NCBI GenBank assembly: GCA_020635175.1
Contig: JACKAH010000004.1
Coordinates: 51,995-115,994 of the forward strand
Length of the DNA: 64,000 nt
Reading direction: 5' to 3'
From: Deltaproteobacteria bacterium
GTDB lineage: Bacteria > Bdellovibrionota_C > UBA2361 > J135
This document shows positions 18,498 to 28,532 of the stretch, piece after piece. The notes below the pieces were generated by a model. That model ran no database searches, was not told where the DNA came from, and saw only the letters and a program-made list of their open reading frames with translations. The translations under genes and the position numbers were made by a program. The stretch's first letter is position 1. Each line of letters begins with the position of its first letter.

Positions 18498-19700
18498 CTA
18501 TAGAAAGTGGCCTAGTTTCTCTTTTTTAGTCTGAAGATAGTGTTTTGAACACTCATCTGGCTCAACGAAAACGGGCAACCTCTCAAGCACTTCGACGCCA
18601 AGCTCAACCAATCTCTCAAGCTTGCGGGGATTATTAGTAAGGAGCCTAATTGAGCCTACATTTAGGGAATGCAAAATTTTAGCTGCTACAGCAAAGTCTC
18701 TAAGATCGGCCTCAAAGCCTAGTTCAATATTAGCTTCAACAGTGTCCCTTCCCTTGTCCTGCAGCTCATATGCTTTTAGCTTATTTGAAAGACCGATACC
18801 ACGCCCCTCTTGCCTTAGATAAAGAATGATTCCTACCCCATGCTCAACTATCTGCTGCAAAGCTTGATCAAGTTGCGGCCCACAATCACAACGACGACTA
18901 CCAAAAACATCCCCCGTTAAGCATTCTGAGTGGACTCTGACTAGTGGTGGAACTCCCGCACTCAAATCTCCATAGGCAAGAGCAATATGCTCTTTGTTCT
19001 CAACATGGTCTCGATAGACAGAGACTTCAAATGTTCCGTAATCTGTGACCTTCTGAGATGAGGTAACTTTTTCGATAAGGATCTCTTCTTCAATCCTATA
19101 CCTAACTATCTCCTCAATGCTCGTGATCTTAAGTGAGTGTTTTTCAGCAAAATCATTTATCTGTGCACCGCGAGCCATCGTTCCATCCGGATTTAAGATT
19201 TCACAGATAACTCCTGAGCTCTTTAAGCCAGCAAGTCTTGCTAAGTCATACGAGCCTTCAGTTTGTCCACGCCTAGCCAATACACCTGCCGGGTTTGCTA
19301 CTAATGGATAAACGTGCCCTGGGCTAACAAAATCCCCTTCTTTGCAATCAAGATCCATCAGCCTTTGCATCGTAAAGCTTCTGGAAGATGCTGTAATTCC
19401 TTTAAAACAGACATCCTTGTGATCAACACTTAAAGTAAACGGTGTGCCAAAGCGTGAATTGTTATTATCACTTTGTGGAGGAAGATTTAATTTCTCGGCA
19501 AGCTCACGACTTATCGAAACACAGATTAATCCTCGTGAGTGCTCAATCATAAAACTTAAAGCTTCAGGCGTAACATGCTCTGTAGCGAGACAAACGTCTC
19601 CTTCATTTTCACGATCAGCGTCATCAACTATTATCACCATTTTACCTTGGCGATAATCTTCGATGACTTCAGCAATTGGTGAAAGCTTTACGTTATTCAT
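18498..19700 (-). CDS. ribBA: Bifunctional 3,4-dihydroxy-2-butanone-4-phosphate synthase / GTP cyclohydrolase II
   Basis: DHBP synthase motif DDADRENEGD and GTP cyclohydrolase II zinc motif RVHSECLTGDVFGSRRCDCGPQL. Confidence 0.92.
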   Translation of the reverse strand: MNNVKLSPIAEVIEDYRQGKMVIIVDDADRENEGDVCLATEHVTPEALSFMIEHSRGLICVSISRELAEKLNLPPQSDNNNSRFGTPFTLSVDHKDVCFKGITASSRSFTMQRLMDLDCKEGDFVSPGHVYPLVANPAGVLARRGQTEGSYDLARLAGLKSSGVICEILNPDGTMARGAQINDFAEKHSLKITSIEEIVRYRIEEEILIEKVTSSQKVTDYGTFEVSVYRDHVENKEHIALAYGDLSAGVPPLVRVHSECLTGDVFGSRRCDCGPQLDQALQQIVEHGVGIILYLRQEGRGIGLSNKLKAYELQDKGRDTVEANIELGFEADLRDFAVAAKILHSLNVGSIRLLTNNPRKLERLVELGVEVLERLPVFVEPDECSKHYLQTKKEKLGHFL

Positions 19701-20292
19701 GTGATCGAGAATCTAATAAAGACTTTAAGTAACGTGCTATCAGATCAACTTCAATATTTACACTTTGACCAATCTCTACCTTAGAGAATTTAGTAACCTC
19801 AGTTGTATGAGGAATTAGGTAAACGCAAAAATTATTGGCCTCAACTTCGCCTACAGTTAATGATACCCCTGCGATTGTAATTGAACCTTTCTCGGCAATC
19901 ATACCACTGAGATTTGTTGGGATGCTAAACGTAAGCTTATCGTAGTTACCATCCTTCTCTCTTTTCAATAACTCTGCCGTCGCATCGACATGACCTGAAA
20001 CAAAGTGCCCAGATATTCGATCTCCAACCTTTAAGGATCTCTCAAGATGGACAGGATCTCCAGCTTTAAGCTGACCAAGTGTTGTTCGTCTGACTGTTTC
20101 TAGAGCTACGTCAAAAACTAGGAGATCGCCTTCAATTCCCACGACAGTCAAACATACCCCGTCGTTTGCAATCGAATCACCAAGCTGTGTTTGAGTATGA
20201 TCGAGAGCACTACGCACACTTAGGCGGTAAGGCAAATCCTCTGTGTTAAGTGATACAACGGTGGCTGATTCTTCAACTATTCCTGAAAACAT
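19693..20292 (-). CDS. ribE: Riboflavin synthase (alpha chain)
   Basis: MFSGIVEE N-terminus and the internally duplicated lumazine-binding repeats (GDSIANDGVCLTV / GSITIAGVSLTV). Confidence 0.9.
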   Translation of the reverse strand: MFSGIVEESATVVSLNTEDLPYRLSVRSALDHTQTQLGDSIANDGVCLTVVGIEGDLLVFDVALETVRRTTLGQLKAGDPVHLERSLKVGDRISGHFVSGHVDATAELLKREKDGNYDKLTFSIPTNLSGMIAEKGSITIAGVSLTVGEVEANNFCVYLIPHTTEVTKFSKVEIGQSVNIEVDLIARYLKSLLDSRSHE

Positions 20293-20352
20293 GGGGCTGA
20301 ATATAGCAGGATTTTTTGAGTAACTCTAATCCGAGCAGAAGTGATGAATTCG

Positions 20353-20817
20353 CTATTTTAACTCAACCTGCTCTTTTTCTAGTAAACCCTGCAGGGTGTC
20401 CATAAATTGACTGACATCGGAAAATTCACGATAGACAGATGCAAATCTAACATAAGCAACCTGATCTATTTCTCGCAGAGCGCTCATGACTAGCTCTCCG
20501 ATTAACATACTTGGGATCTCTTTTTTATCCATCTCGAGGCAACGCGCTTCAATATCTGCTACAGCGCGATCGATTGTTTCAATACTAACCGGTCTTTTTT
20601 CACAGGCACGGATAAACCCTGCTCGTAGTTTGTTGTGGTCAAACGACTCTCGACGACCATCCTTTTTGACTATCAAGGGAGCGGTTTCTTCAATTCTCTC
20701 ATAGGTTGTAAATCTTGAATCACACTCTGCACAAACGCGACGTCTCCTGATTCCATCGGGAGAACTCCGAGAATCAATCACATTAGAACGTTCACATCCA
20801 CATTGTGTACAGCGCAT
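20353..20817 (-). CDS. nrdR: Transcriptional repressor NrdR
   Basis: N-terminal zinc ribbon MRCTQCG...CAECDSRFTTYE followed by an ATP-cone. Confidence 0.93.
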   Translation of the reverse strand: MRCTQCGCERSNVIDSRSSPDGIRRRRVCAECDSRFTTYERIEETAPLIVKKDGRRESFDHNKLRAGFIRACEKRPVSIETIDRAVADIEARCLEMDKKEIPSMLIGELVMSALREIDQVAYVRFASVYREFSDVSQFMDTLQGLLEKEQVELK

Positions 20818-20824
20818 CTCTCAC

Positions 20825-22081
20825 CTATAGCCTATGTCGGTACAGAGGAAACTTCATACAAAGCTCCTTAACTTCAGATCTAATCTGTGCATAAACAGCT
20901 TCATCACCTCGAGCGCTAATTGCTCGACTAATCCAATCTGCAACCTGTTTCATCTCAGAAGTTCCCATACCTCTAGTAGTGATCGCCGGAGTTCCTAAAC
21001 GAATACCACTAGTAATTGTAAAAGGCTGCGGATCGTATGGAATGCCATTTTTGTTAACTGTAATTCCAACCAAATCTAAACATTCTTCAGCATCTTTTCC
21101 AGTAATTTCGACAGGCCTTAAATCAACGAGCATGACATGCGAATCTGTTCCACCTGAAACAATTTCAAACCCTGCATCAATCAGGCTATCACTTAAGCTC
21201 TGAGCATTCTTAACAATATTTACAGCATACTCTTTAAACTCAGGCTGCAACGCCTCGTGAAATGCAACTGCCTTAGCAGCAATCGTATGCATATGAGGTC
21301 CACCCTGTAAGCCAGGAAACACTGCTTTATTAAGAACTTTTGCATGTTCTTTGCGTCCCATTACAATACCAGAACGAGGCCCTCTAAGAGATTTATGAGT
21401 AGTTGTGGTTACTACATCAGCATACGGAACAGGGTTTGGATAAACCCCTGCGGCTATCAGCCCTGCATAATGAGCTACATCAGCAAGAAGAATTGCTCCA
21501 ACTGAATCAGCGGCTCTTCTAAACATTTCAAAATCGATTTTTCGAGAATAGGCTGAAGCTCCACAGATAATTAACTTTGGCTTATGCTCTTTAGCTAATT
21601 CAAGGACTTCTTCTTCAATAATCAAACCTGTTTTCTTATCAACGCCGTAAGCTACAACGTTAAAGTGCTTACCAGAAAAATTCACTGGACTACCATGAGT
21701 GAGATGGCCACCCATATCTAGTCTCATCCCCATTACGGTGTCGCCAGGATTTAGAAATGCTTCAAAAACTGCCTGGTTGGCTTGAGCACCTGAATGTGGT
21801 TGTACGTTAACAAACTCTGCACCAAAGAGTTTTTTTGCTCTTTCAATTGCAATCTCTTCAATCTCATCAACAACATGACACCCACCGTAGTAACGTTTTT
21901 TTGGAAGGCCCTCTGCGTATTTATTTGTAGCTGCAGAGCCCAGTGCTTCTAAGACAGCTTCGCTGACAAAATTCTCGCTTGGAATTAACTCGATACCATA
22001 CTCCTGACGCTCAGTTTCCTGTTTCAAGGCACTGAAGATCTGCGGGTCAACTTGCTGCAAGGTTTTTTTTATGTGTGTCAT
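20825..22081 (-). CDS. glyA: Serine hydroxymethyltransferase
   Basis: PLP-lysine motif [16 protein letters not shown] and overall SHMT sequence. ATG at 22081 (MTHIKKTL) is preferred over the track start at 22096. Confidence 0.95.
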   Translation of the reverse strand: MTHIKKTLQQVDPQIFSALKQETERQEYGIELIPSENFVSEAVLEALGSAATNKYAEGLPKKRYYGGCHVVDEIEEIAIERAKKLFGAEFVNVQPHSGAQANQAVFEAFLNPGDTVMGMRLDMGGHLTHGSPVNFSGKHFNVVAYGVDKKTGLIIEEEVLELAKEHKPKLIICGASAYSRKIDFEMFRRAADSVGAILLADVAHYAGLIAAGVYPNPVPYADVVTTTTHKSLRGPRSGIVMGRKEHAKVLNKAVFPGLQGGPHMHTIAAKAVAFHEALQPEFKEYAVNIVKNAQSLSDSLIDAGFEIVSGGTDSHVMLVDLRPVEITGKDAEECLDLVGITVNKNGIPYDPQPFTITSGIRLGTPAITTRGMGTSEMKQVADWISRAISARGDEAVYAQIRSEVKELCMKFPLYRHRL

Positions 22082-22094
22082 AGTAGAAAAATAC

Positions 22095-22131
22095 AAAAAA
22101 CCCCTCCAAGATTATACATCTTAAAGAGGGG
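22095..22131 (-). terminator. Putative rho-independent terminator or attenuating hairpin between acpP and glyA
   Basis: On the minus strand: CCCCTC...(inner AAGAT/ATCTT pairing)...GAGGGG, followed by TTTTTTGTATTTTT. Confidence 0.5.
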
Positions 22132-22157
22132 AATATTTAAAAGATCTGTAATAGAAC

Positions 22158-22394
22158 TTAGCTCTTTCTTTCTTCGACGTAAGAGATGACATCTTGTACA
22201 GTCTGGATCTTCTCTGCGTCTTCGTCAGAGATCTCCATGTCGTATTCCTCTTCAAGTGCCATAACTAGTTCTACGATATCAAGTGAATCAGCTCCTAGAT
22301 CTTCGATAAATGATGCCTCGGGAGTAACCTCCTCTTCACTTACACCTAGCTGCTCAACTATAATGGACTTAACTCGTCCTGCTATATCCGACAT
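22158..22394 (-). CDS. acpP: Acyl carrier protein
   Basis: [19 protein letters not shown] with the DSL phosphopantetheine-attachment serine; 78 aa. Confidence 0.95.
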   Translation of the reverse strand: MSDIAGRVKSIIVEQLGVSEEEVTPEASFIEDLGADSLDIVELVMALEEEYDMEISDEDAEKIQTVQDVISYVEERKS

Positions 22395-22608
22395 TGAATC
22401 ATCTCCCTACAATGTGTTTCTAAAAAAAGTCGCTCGCGCATTCAGCAATAACGAGACAATCATATCTGCCCTATGTCATTAAGCAAATCGTGACAGGACA
22501 GAAAAAAACAGTAGTTAAAATCAGGCTGAAAGGCAAGTTATTACCTGAAGATTTTCAACAGAAGAATTTAGGCTAAAATCGAATATTTTTACAAATATTC
22601 TCAGGCAG

Positions 22609-23349
22609 TTACATATACATGCCGCCGTTTATCCCTATTACCTGCCCAGTTATATATGCTGAAGCGGGGCTAGATAAAAAGGCAACCAGCTCTGCAACCT
22701 CTTTTGCTTCTCCAAAACGACCTAGCGGGATGGCTTTTTTATACTCAATTTGGGTCTCTTCTGGCAGGTTTCCAGTCATCTCAGTTTCGATAAATCCGGG
22801 AGTAATACAGTTTACATTAATATTACGAGAAGCAAGTTCTTTAGCTAAGGCCTTTGTCATACCAAACAAGCCTGCTTTTGATGAGATGTATGGGACCTGA
22901 CCAGGATTGCCCATCTCTGCAGTAATAGAACTAATGTTAACAATTTTTCCACTGCGTGCTTTCATCATGACTTTTGCTGCTGCACGTGCGCAATAAAATG
23001 CGCCACTTAAATTTGTCTGAACGGTCTGAGCCCAATCCTCATCCTTAATCCTTACAAACAGTCCATCTTTAGAGATACCAGCATTGTTCACAAGGATATC
23101 AATACGACCAGTCTGTTTTTTAATTGTTTCAAAGGCTTCAGATACCGCGTCGCTATCTGCAACATTGAATCCGATAATATCTGCATTGCCACCTAGTTGC
23201 TTACACTCAGCAGCTGTTTCTTCAGCGCCACTTGCACTTGAATTATAGTTCACAAACACATGCGCACCTAAAGAAGCAAGCTTTTTACAGATCTCTTTTC
23301 CAATTCCTCTAGATCCACCAGTTACTACTGCTACCTGTTCATTCAACAT
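22609..23349 (-). CDS. fabG: 3-oxoacyl-ACP reductase
   Basis: TGGSRGIG cofactor motif, catalytic YISSK (YxxxK), NNAG, and a position next to acpP and plsX. Confidence 0.9.
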   Translation of the reverse strand: MLNEQVAVVTGGSRGIGKEICKKLASLGAHVFVNYNSSASGAEETAAECKQLGGNADIIGFNVADSDAVSEAFETIKKQTGRIDILVNNAGISKDGLFVRIKDEDWAQTVQTNLSGAFYCARAAAKVMMKARSGKIVNISSITAEMGNPGQVPYISSKAGLFGMTKALAKELASRNINVNCITPGFIETEMTGNLPEETQIEYKKAIPLGRFGEAKEVAELVAFLSSPASAYITGQVIGINGGMYM

Positions 23350-23361
23350 TTAATATCTCCC

Positions 23362-24513
23362 TTACTTACTTGAGCTTGCTTCCGCCTGCTTTTTTTTATC
23401 TTTCTTTTGTTTAGTAAATCTCTGGCCCATTCTGCCCCACATACCATCTTCGTAAGCACCTGGAACCTGTAACTCAACATCAGTTAATGCAGATGCTATG
23501 CGTGAGAGTAAGCCCTCTTGAGCAAATTTATGTGCAATTCGAATTCCGTTCATAATCGATCTACTATTTGAACCACCGTGGCAAACTATCGCATTGCCAT
23601 TAAGTCCAAGTAGAGGAGCACCACCATACGCAGAAGGATCAAGTCTTTCATGAAATACCTTTTTTAAGATAGGCTTTGCTATCCAAAACCCTAGCTTTCC
23701 ACGTCCTGTTTTTTGAACATATCTCTGAATAGTATCAAAAACTAACTCGACAGCTCCTTCGATCGATTTCAAAACGATATTCCCTTCAAAACCGTCACAG
23801 ACAACAACATCTGCCACATTTTGGGAGATATCATTACCTTCGACATACCCGATGAAGTTTATCGCCTTGATTTCAGACAGACTGACATAAGCACTGCGTG
23901 TAATATCAGTACCTTTTGAAGCTTCGCTACCGTTAGATAAAAGCCCAACGCGAGGCCGTGTGCAGCCCAAGGCTGATTCAGCATAGTGACTGCCCATTAA
24001 GGCAAATTGAACTAATTGATAAGCGTGACAATCGATATTGGCACCTGCATCAAGCAAAACAGTTGGTGTTCCATCACCAACTTTAGGTATTAATGAAGCG
24101 ATAGCGGGTCGTGCAATTCCAGGTAACGTTCCAAGCACCAACAAACCTCCAGCCATAACAGCTCCGGTATTTCCAGCACTAACGACACCGGAAGCTTTGC
24201 CTTGCTTAGCAAGTTCAAAGGCTCTTCGAATTGAGGAATCTGCTTTTCGCCTAATCGCAACAGATGGGCTTTCCTCCATCTGGATTTCTTCAGACGCATG
24301 AAAGACTGTTAAAAGAGGATTGTTTTCAGCTTTAAAATTTTTGAGGGCCGCTCTTATCTTGCTTTCATCACCAACAAGAATAGATGCAATTGACATCTCT
24401 TTAGCAGCGAGCACAGCTCCTTCAACGCAAACCTCAACACCGAAGTCTCCCCCCATAGCGTCTAACGCCACAGGAGCTGACAGGGTAACTGCAGGTAGCT
24501 GTGAGTTATTCAT
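23362..24513 (-). CDS. plsX: Phosphate acyltransferase PlsX
   Basis: DAMGGDFG and CDGFEGNIVLK motifs; follows rpmF as in many bacteria. It carries a Lys-rich C-terminal tail. Confidence 0.9.
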   Translation of the reverse strand: MNNSQLPAVTLSAPVALDAMGGDFGVEVCVEGAVLAAKEMSIASILVGDESKIRAALKNFKAENNPLLTVFHASEEIQMEESPSVAIRRKADSSIRRAFELAKQGKASGVVSAGNTGAVMAGGLLVLGTLPGIARPAIASLIPKVGDGTPTVLLDAGANIDCHAYQLVQFALMGSHYAESALGCTRPRVGLLSNGSEASKGTDITRSAYVSLSEIKAINFIGYVEGNDISQNVADVVVCDGFEGNIVLKSIEGAVELVFDTIQRYVQKTGRGKLGFWIAKPILKKVFHERLDPSAYGGAPLLGLNGNAIVCHGGSNSRSIMNGIRIAHKFAQEGLLSRIASALTDVELQVPGAYEDGMWGRMGQRFTKQKKDKKKQAEASSSK

Positions 24514-24547
24514 TAAATTAATGTGCTAAGAAACAGATGTCTTCAGA

Positions 24548-24730
24548 CTAACTGTCTGATACTTCGAGTGCTTGCTTGCCTTTGTAGTAACCACAAGCAG
24601 AACAAACTCTATGACGTTGCACAGGCTCACCACAGTTTGAACATATGATGCCATACTGAGGAGTAAGAGCGTGATGAGAGCGTCTCTGCCGTTTCTTCAT
24701 CTTGGAAGTTTTCTTCTTTGGAACTGCCAT
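24548..24730 (-). CDS. rpmF: 50S ribosomal protein L32
   Basis: [20 protein letters not shown]-terminus and a CxxC...CxxC zinc ribbon; 60 aa. Confidence 0.9.
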   Translation of the reverse strand: MAVPKKKTSKMKKRQRRSHHALTPQYGIICSNCGEPVQRHRVCSACGYYKGKQALEVSDS

Positions 24731-24837
24731 TATTTGCTCCGAGTTTCAAATCTAAGCGATAGATTTCACTAAATAAATCGAAGGTGGAATGTAGCTGAAA
24801 TGTTTATCAAAGGCAAGCCAGCAACCCTAATATTATA

Positions 24838-26118
24838 TTAGTGTGCTAGCGCCTCTTTTACAGCGGGATCTCCCAATGCAACTATTGGATATTTCTCCAA
24901 AAATGACTTAATACTAAGTCCGTAAATGCCACCGATTCCGATAAAAAAGCCAATTTCAAGCAAATTAAACGGAATATGATCTGGACTAAGTTGAGGCATA
25001 ATTAACACGTAGCGCTCAAGCCAAAGCCCAATCAAGATAATTTTAGCGACAATTCCCAATGTTAATGGTGTTCTTTTAACATCCCGGCTAAGCAATGTGA
25101 TAAATGGGATGATGAAACACATTGAAAATGCGGCCCATGAAACTAAACGCCATGGATTTTCTCTAGTACGTAGAATCATCCACTGAGTTTCTTCAGGCAT
25201 GTTAGCGTACCAAATAGGTAAGAATTGCGAGAAGAACAGATAGGCCCAAAGAATAGAGAAACCAAAAGTTAGCTTTGCAATATCGTGCAACTTATCTCTA
25301 CCTGCCATCTCAGCATAATCATCACTTGAATTACGCATACAAATAACCCAGAGAGCCAACATCGCCCACGCTGCATAAATATTTCCAATAAAAACGAATC
25401 CACCAAACATGTTGGAAAAGAAGATCGGATCCATTCCCATGATCATATCAAAGGAGAACAGTGAATATATAACTGCATACAAAGCAACTAAGATCGGGGC
25501 CCAGACGATTAACTTGCCTTCAATCTCGCAAGATTCTTCAGCAGCACCTTTCCATTTCTTAATGAACCCAGCGTAATGAAAACTAGCCCAACGAGAATTC
25601 TCACCTGCCTCTTCCTTAGCAATCCCGATATCACGTCTTAAAGCTAGACCAACGAAATTTCTAAAAAGCAAAAATAGAAAAGCTAGGAAAAGTATGTTTC
25701 TGGCGTAAGTAAAGGTCGGTTGCATCCACCACTCACGTCCTGGCATTGGCGAATGGCCCCAAAAAAAGAGCTGCTCTTTCCCAGCATAAGAGGTCAATAA
25801 AAGCATTAAGGCAAAAGGAAGAAAACTAATCCCTGCTTCTGCAATTCTTCTAACTGGAGGAGCCCACTTTGCATGCACTACCTGCATAATAACTGCGATC
25901 ATCACAGAACCTGCAGCAATTCCCATCCAATAAACGATATTAGTATAAATTGCTCCCCACATATGCTTCGCATCACTAAAGATCAAAGCGTAAGCTGCGG
26001 TAAGCACTCCGATAAGCAGATACAAGTTAAGCAACTTGCTGAAACCTGCGCTAAACTTTACAGGCTCAGACTTAGCAACTGCTTTTACATCTATTGGTGC
26101 TGATTCTGAATGCGACAT
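24838..26118 (-). CDS. actF: Alternative complex III subunit ActF (second NrfD-like membrane subunit)
   Basis: About 10 TM segments, paralogous in character to the ActC-like gene, and last gene of the act cluster. Confidence 0.75.
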   Translation of the reverse strand: MSHSESAPIDVKAVAKSEPVKFSAGFSKLLNLYLLIGVLTAAYALIFSDAKHMWGAIYTNIVYWMGIAAGSVMIAVIMQVVHAKWAPPVRRIAEAGISFLPFALMLLLTSYAGKEQLFFWGHSPMPGREWWMQPTFTYARNILFLAFLFLLFRNFVGLALRRDIGIAKEEAGENSRWASFHYAGFIKKWKGAAEESCEIEGKLIVWAPILVALYAVIYSLFSFDMIMGMDPIFFSNMFGGFVFIGNIYAAWAMLALWVICMRNSSDDYAEMAGRDKLHDIAKLTFGFSILWAYLFFSQFLPIWYANMPEETQWMILRTRENPWRLVSWAAFSMCFIIPFITLLSRDVKRTPLTLGIVAKIILIGLWLERYVLIMPQLSPDHIPFNLLEIGFFIGIGGIYGLSIKSFLEKYPIVALGDPAVKEALAH

Positions 26119-26133
26119 ATCTATTTCCTGCTC

Positions 26134-26646
26134 TTATGAATTCTTCTTTCTAGCTTGTTGCAGCTCACGAATATAAGAAACAATATCCCATGTTTCTTGT
26201 GGTGAAATCTTCCACCCAACTCGTGGCATCACCGCTAATCCACCGAAATGGATTGTTCCATAAAAAAGACCATCTGGTTTAGTGGCGTAATATTCATTAG
26301 CAATATCAGGCCCAGCCATTATTGCACGCTTGGCTACTTCACCAGGTGTGTTAACTGCCTTCTCATCATAAGAACCGTGACAAGGCATACAGTTAACTCT
26401 AAAAAGCCTTTCTCCTCTCAAAGGAGCTTCTTTATCATGCGAATCATTTGGGTTCTTAAGGTTTAGAGCCTCATCTTTTGACTCAACCCTGTCTGCTAAA
26501 GAACCAATTGCTACACTATCTTCAGGAAGACTACGGCTAATTTGACCACTGCTTAGAGAGGGCATATTCACCATGTCTGAGTTAAAAGGTAGCGCAAGTG
26601 CATCAGTTGCAATCAACAGAGACAACGCTAGTAATGCTCTCTTCAT
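26134..26646 (-). CDS. actE: Alternative complex III subunit ActE (monohaem cytochrome c)
   Basis: Signal peptide MKRALLALSLLIATDALA and a single CMPCH haem motif. ATG at 26646 sits 1 nt after the ActD stop and is preferred over 26682. Confidence 0.75.
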   Translation of the reverse strand: MKRALLALSLLIATDALALPFNSDMVNMPSLSSGQISRSLPEDSVAIGSLADRVESKDEALNLKNPNDSHDKEAPLRGERLFRVNCMPCHGSYDEKAVNTPGEVAKRAIMAGPDIANEYYATKPDGLFYGTIHFGGLAVMPRVGWKISPQETWDIVSYIRELQQARKKNS

Positions 26647-26647
26647 T

Positions 26648-27178
26648 CTATAAAGCCTCCCGCACGTCAACTTCATCAGCACCGCTCTCCTTTAGGAATT
26701 GCTGAATCTCATCTAATTGCTCATGTGTCGAACCGACAACCAAGCCGAACTTATCTTCACTAAAGCGAGGATCGTATCCAACTTTTCTAAGCAGATCAGG
26801 CAAACGACAAAAGTGTAAAATCCCTAGCATAGTAGCTAAAGCGGCAAACAGAATTGTACATTCATACCCAACAGGAAAGAATGCTGGAATTGAAACAATA
26901 GGTTTCGAGCTTACTCGCATCGGCCAGTCAAGCGAGCAAAGAATTGCTAGACCGAATCCAAAAGTACAACCTAGGATTCCACCCGTTAACGTAAATCTAC
27001 GAACATTACTTTTCTCAGGAAAAGTAACCTCTTCAATTTCATGGCGAGCAACAGGAGAGAAAACTCTATAATCAAGCTCGGCTTCTTTTATCTTTTCAAC
27101 GGCGTTTAGCACATCATCAAGATATGTATAAACACCGACGACAACATTGCTTCCTGACATTTTTTCAGCACCTATCAT
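26648..27178 (-). CDS. actD: Alternative complex III subunit ActD (small membrane subunit)
   Basis: Soluble N-terminal domain plus two TM segments (FTLTGGILGCTFGFGLAILC, CTILFAALATMLGILHF). Lies between actC and actE. Confidence 0.7.
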   Translation of the reverse strand: MIGAEKMSGSNVVVGVYTYLDDVLNAVEKIKEAELDYRVFSPVARHEIEEVTFPEKSNVRRFTLTGGILGCTFGFGLAILCSLDWPMRVSSKPIVSIPAFFPVGYECTILFAALATMLGILHFCRLPDLLRKVGYDPRFSEDKFGLVVGSTHEQLDEIQQFLKESGADEVDVREAL

Positions 27179-27180
27179 AA

Positions 27181-28530
27181 CTAATGAGCCGCTTCTTTAT
27201 TTCGCATTGGAGGTGGCAATAGCTCTTTGATTTCACAAATTGCTACTGATGGAAAAAACTTAATAAACAACAACATGTACATTCCAAACCATCCAAATGC
27301 ACCAACAGTGATGCCTGCTTCTACCCATGAGAAGTTGTAACTACCCCACATAGCTGGGATGAATTCTCTGGATAAAGAGGTAAAGATGATATTGAACCGC
27401 TCAAGCCACATTCCAATATTAATAATGATCGACATAATAAAGAGGTAAGTGATGTTTGAACGTAACCTCTTAAACCACAGCGTTTGAGGAGCTAGACAGT
27501 TACAGAAAAACATTCCCCAAAATGCAGCCTTAAATTCACCAAAAGGCCTAAACCAAAACTGGTATTTCTCAAATTGGTTATTACTAAACCAAGCTATATA
27601 GAACTCTGTAGAGTATGCGTAAGTCACTATCCCACTCGTAAGCAAGATAAGCTTAACCATCCCTTCAAAGTGAAATGGCGTAACTAACTCTTCAAGTCCA
27701 AAAACCTTACGTAGTGGAATAATCAGGGTCAGAACCATCGCTACCCCTGAAAAGATCGCACCAGCAACGAAGTAAGGTGGGAAAATAGTAGCGTGCCACC
27801 CAGGGACGTTACCCATCGCAAAGTCCCAAGATACAACACTGTGAACAGAGACAACGAGTGGTGTAGCTAGGCCTGCAAAGAAAAGGTATGCAGACATGTA
27901 GTGCTTCCACTGCTTATGGTTACCCGTCCATCCAAGCGATGTAATGCTGTAAAGAGTTTTTCTGAAAAAGCTTTTAGCCTTATCACGGGCAACCGCGATA
28001 TCTGGAATAAGCCCAACAATAAAAAACGTGGTTGAAACAGTTAAGTAAGTTGATACCGCAAATACGTCCCAAAGAAGTGGCGAACGAAAGTTTGGCCACA
28101 ATGCTCTTTCGTTTGGATATGGCAACAACCAGTAAGCAAACCAAGGACGGCCCACGTGAATCAACGGAAATAGACCAGCGGTCAATACTGCAAAGACAGT
28201 CATTGCTTCAGCAAGTCTATATATCGGCATTCTAAAACGAGCACGGAAGAGATAAAGCACCGCAGAGATCAATGTGCCTGAGTGTGCAATACCAACCCAG
28301 AATACGAAGTTAGTAATATAAACACCCCAGGAGATTGGTTGGTTAATTCCCGCAACATGCATTCCCATTAGAAGCTGTTTTACAAATGAACCAAATCCCC
28401 AAAGAAACGCACAAAAGCACATCGCAAAGAGACAATACCAGCCACCCTTTGGCGGCTTGAGCATATTGAGCACCAGCTCATTTACTCTAGCGTATGTAAC
28501 TTGTTTTGGTTCTGTAGCATCAGTCGCCAT
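27181..28530 (-). CDS. actC: Alternative complex III subunit ActC (NrfD/PsrC-like quinol-interacting membrane subunit)
   Basis: 449-aa polytopic protein immediately after the ActB-type gene; general NrfD-family character. Confidence 0.85.
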   Translation of the reverse strand: MATDATEPKQVTYARVNELVLNMLKPPKGGWYCLFAMCFCAFLWGFGSFVKQLLMGMHVAGINQPISWGVYITNFVFWVGIAHSGTLISAVLYLFRARFRMPIYRLAEAMTVFAVLTAGLFPLIHVGRPWFAYWLLPYPNERALWPNFRSPLLWDVFAVSTYLTVSTTFFIVGLIPDIAVARDKAKSFFRKTLYSITSLGWTGNHKQWKHYMSAYLFFAGLATPLVVSVHSVVSWDFAMGNVPGWHATIFPPYFVAGAIFSGVAMVLTLIIPLRKVFGLEELVTPFHFEGMVKLILLTSGIVTYAYSTEFYIAWFSNNQFEKYQFWFRPFGEFKAAFWGMFFCNCLAPQTLWFKRLRSNITYLFIMSIIINIGMWLERFNIIFTSLSREFIPAMWGSYNFSWVEAGITVGAFGWFGMYMLLFIKFFPSVAICEIKELLPPPMRNKEAAH

Positions 28531-28532
28531 GC

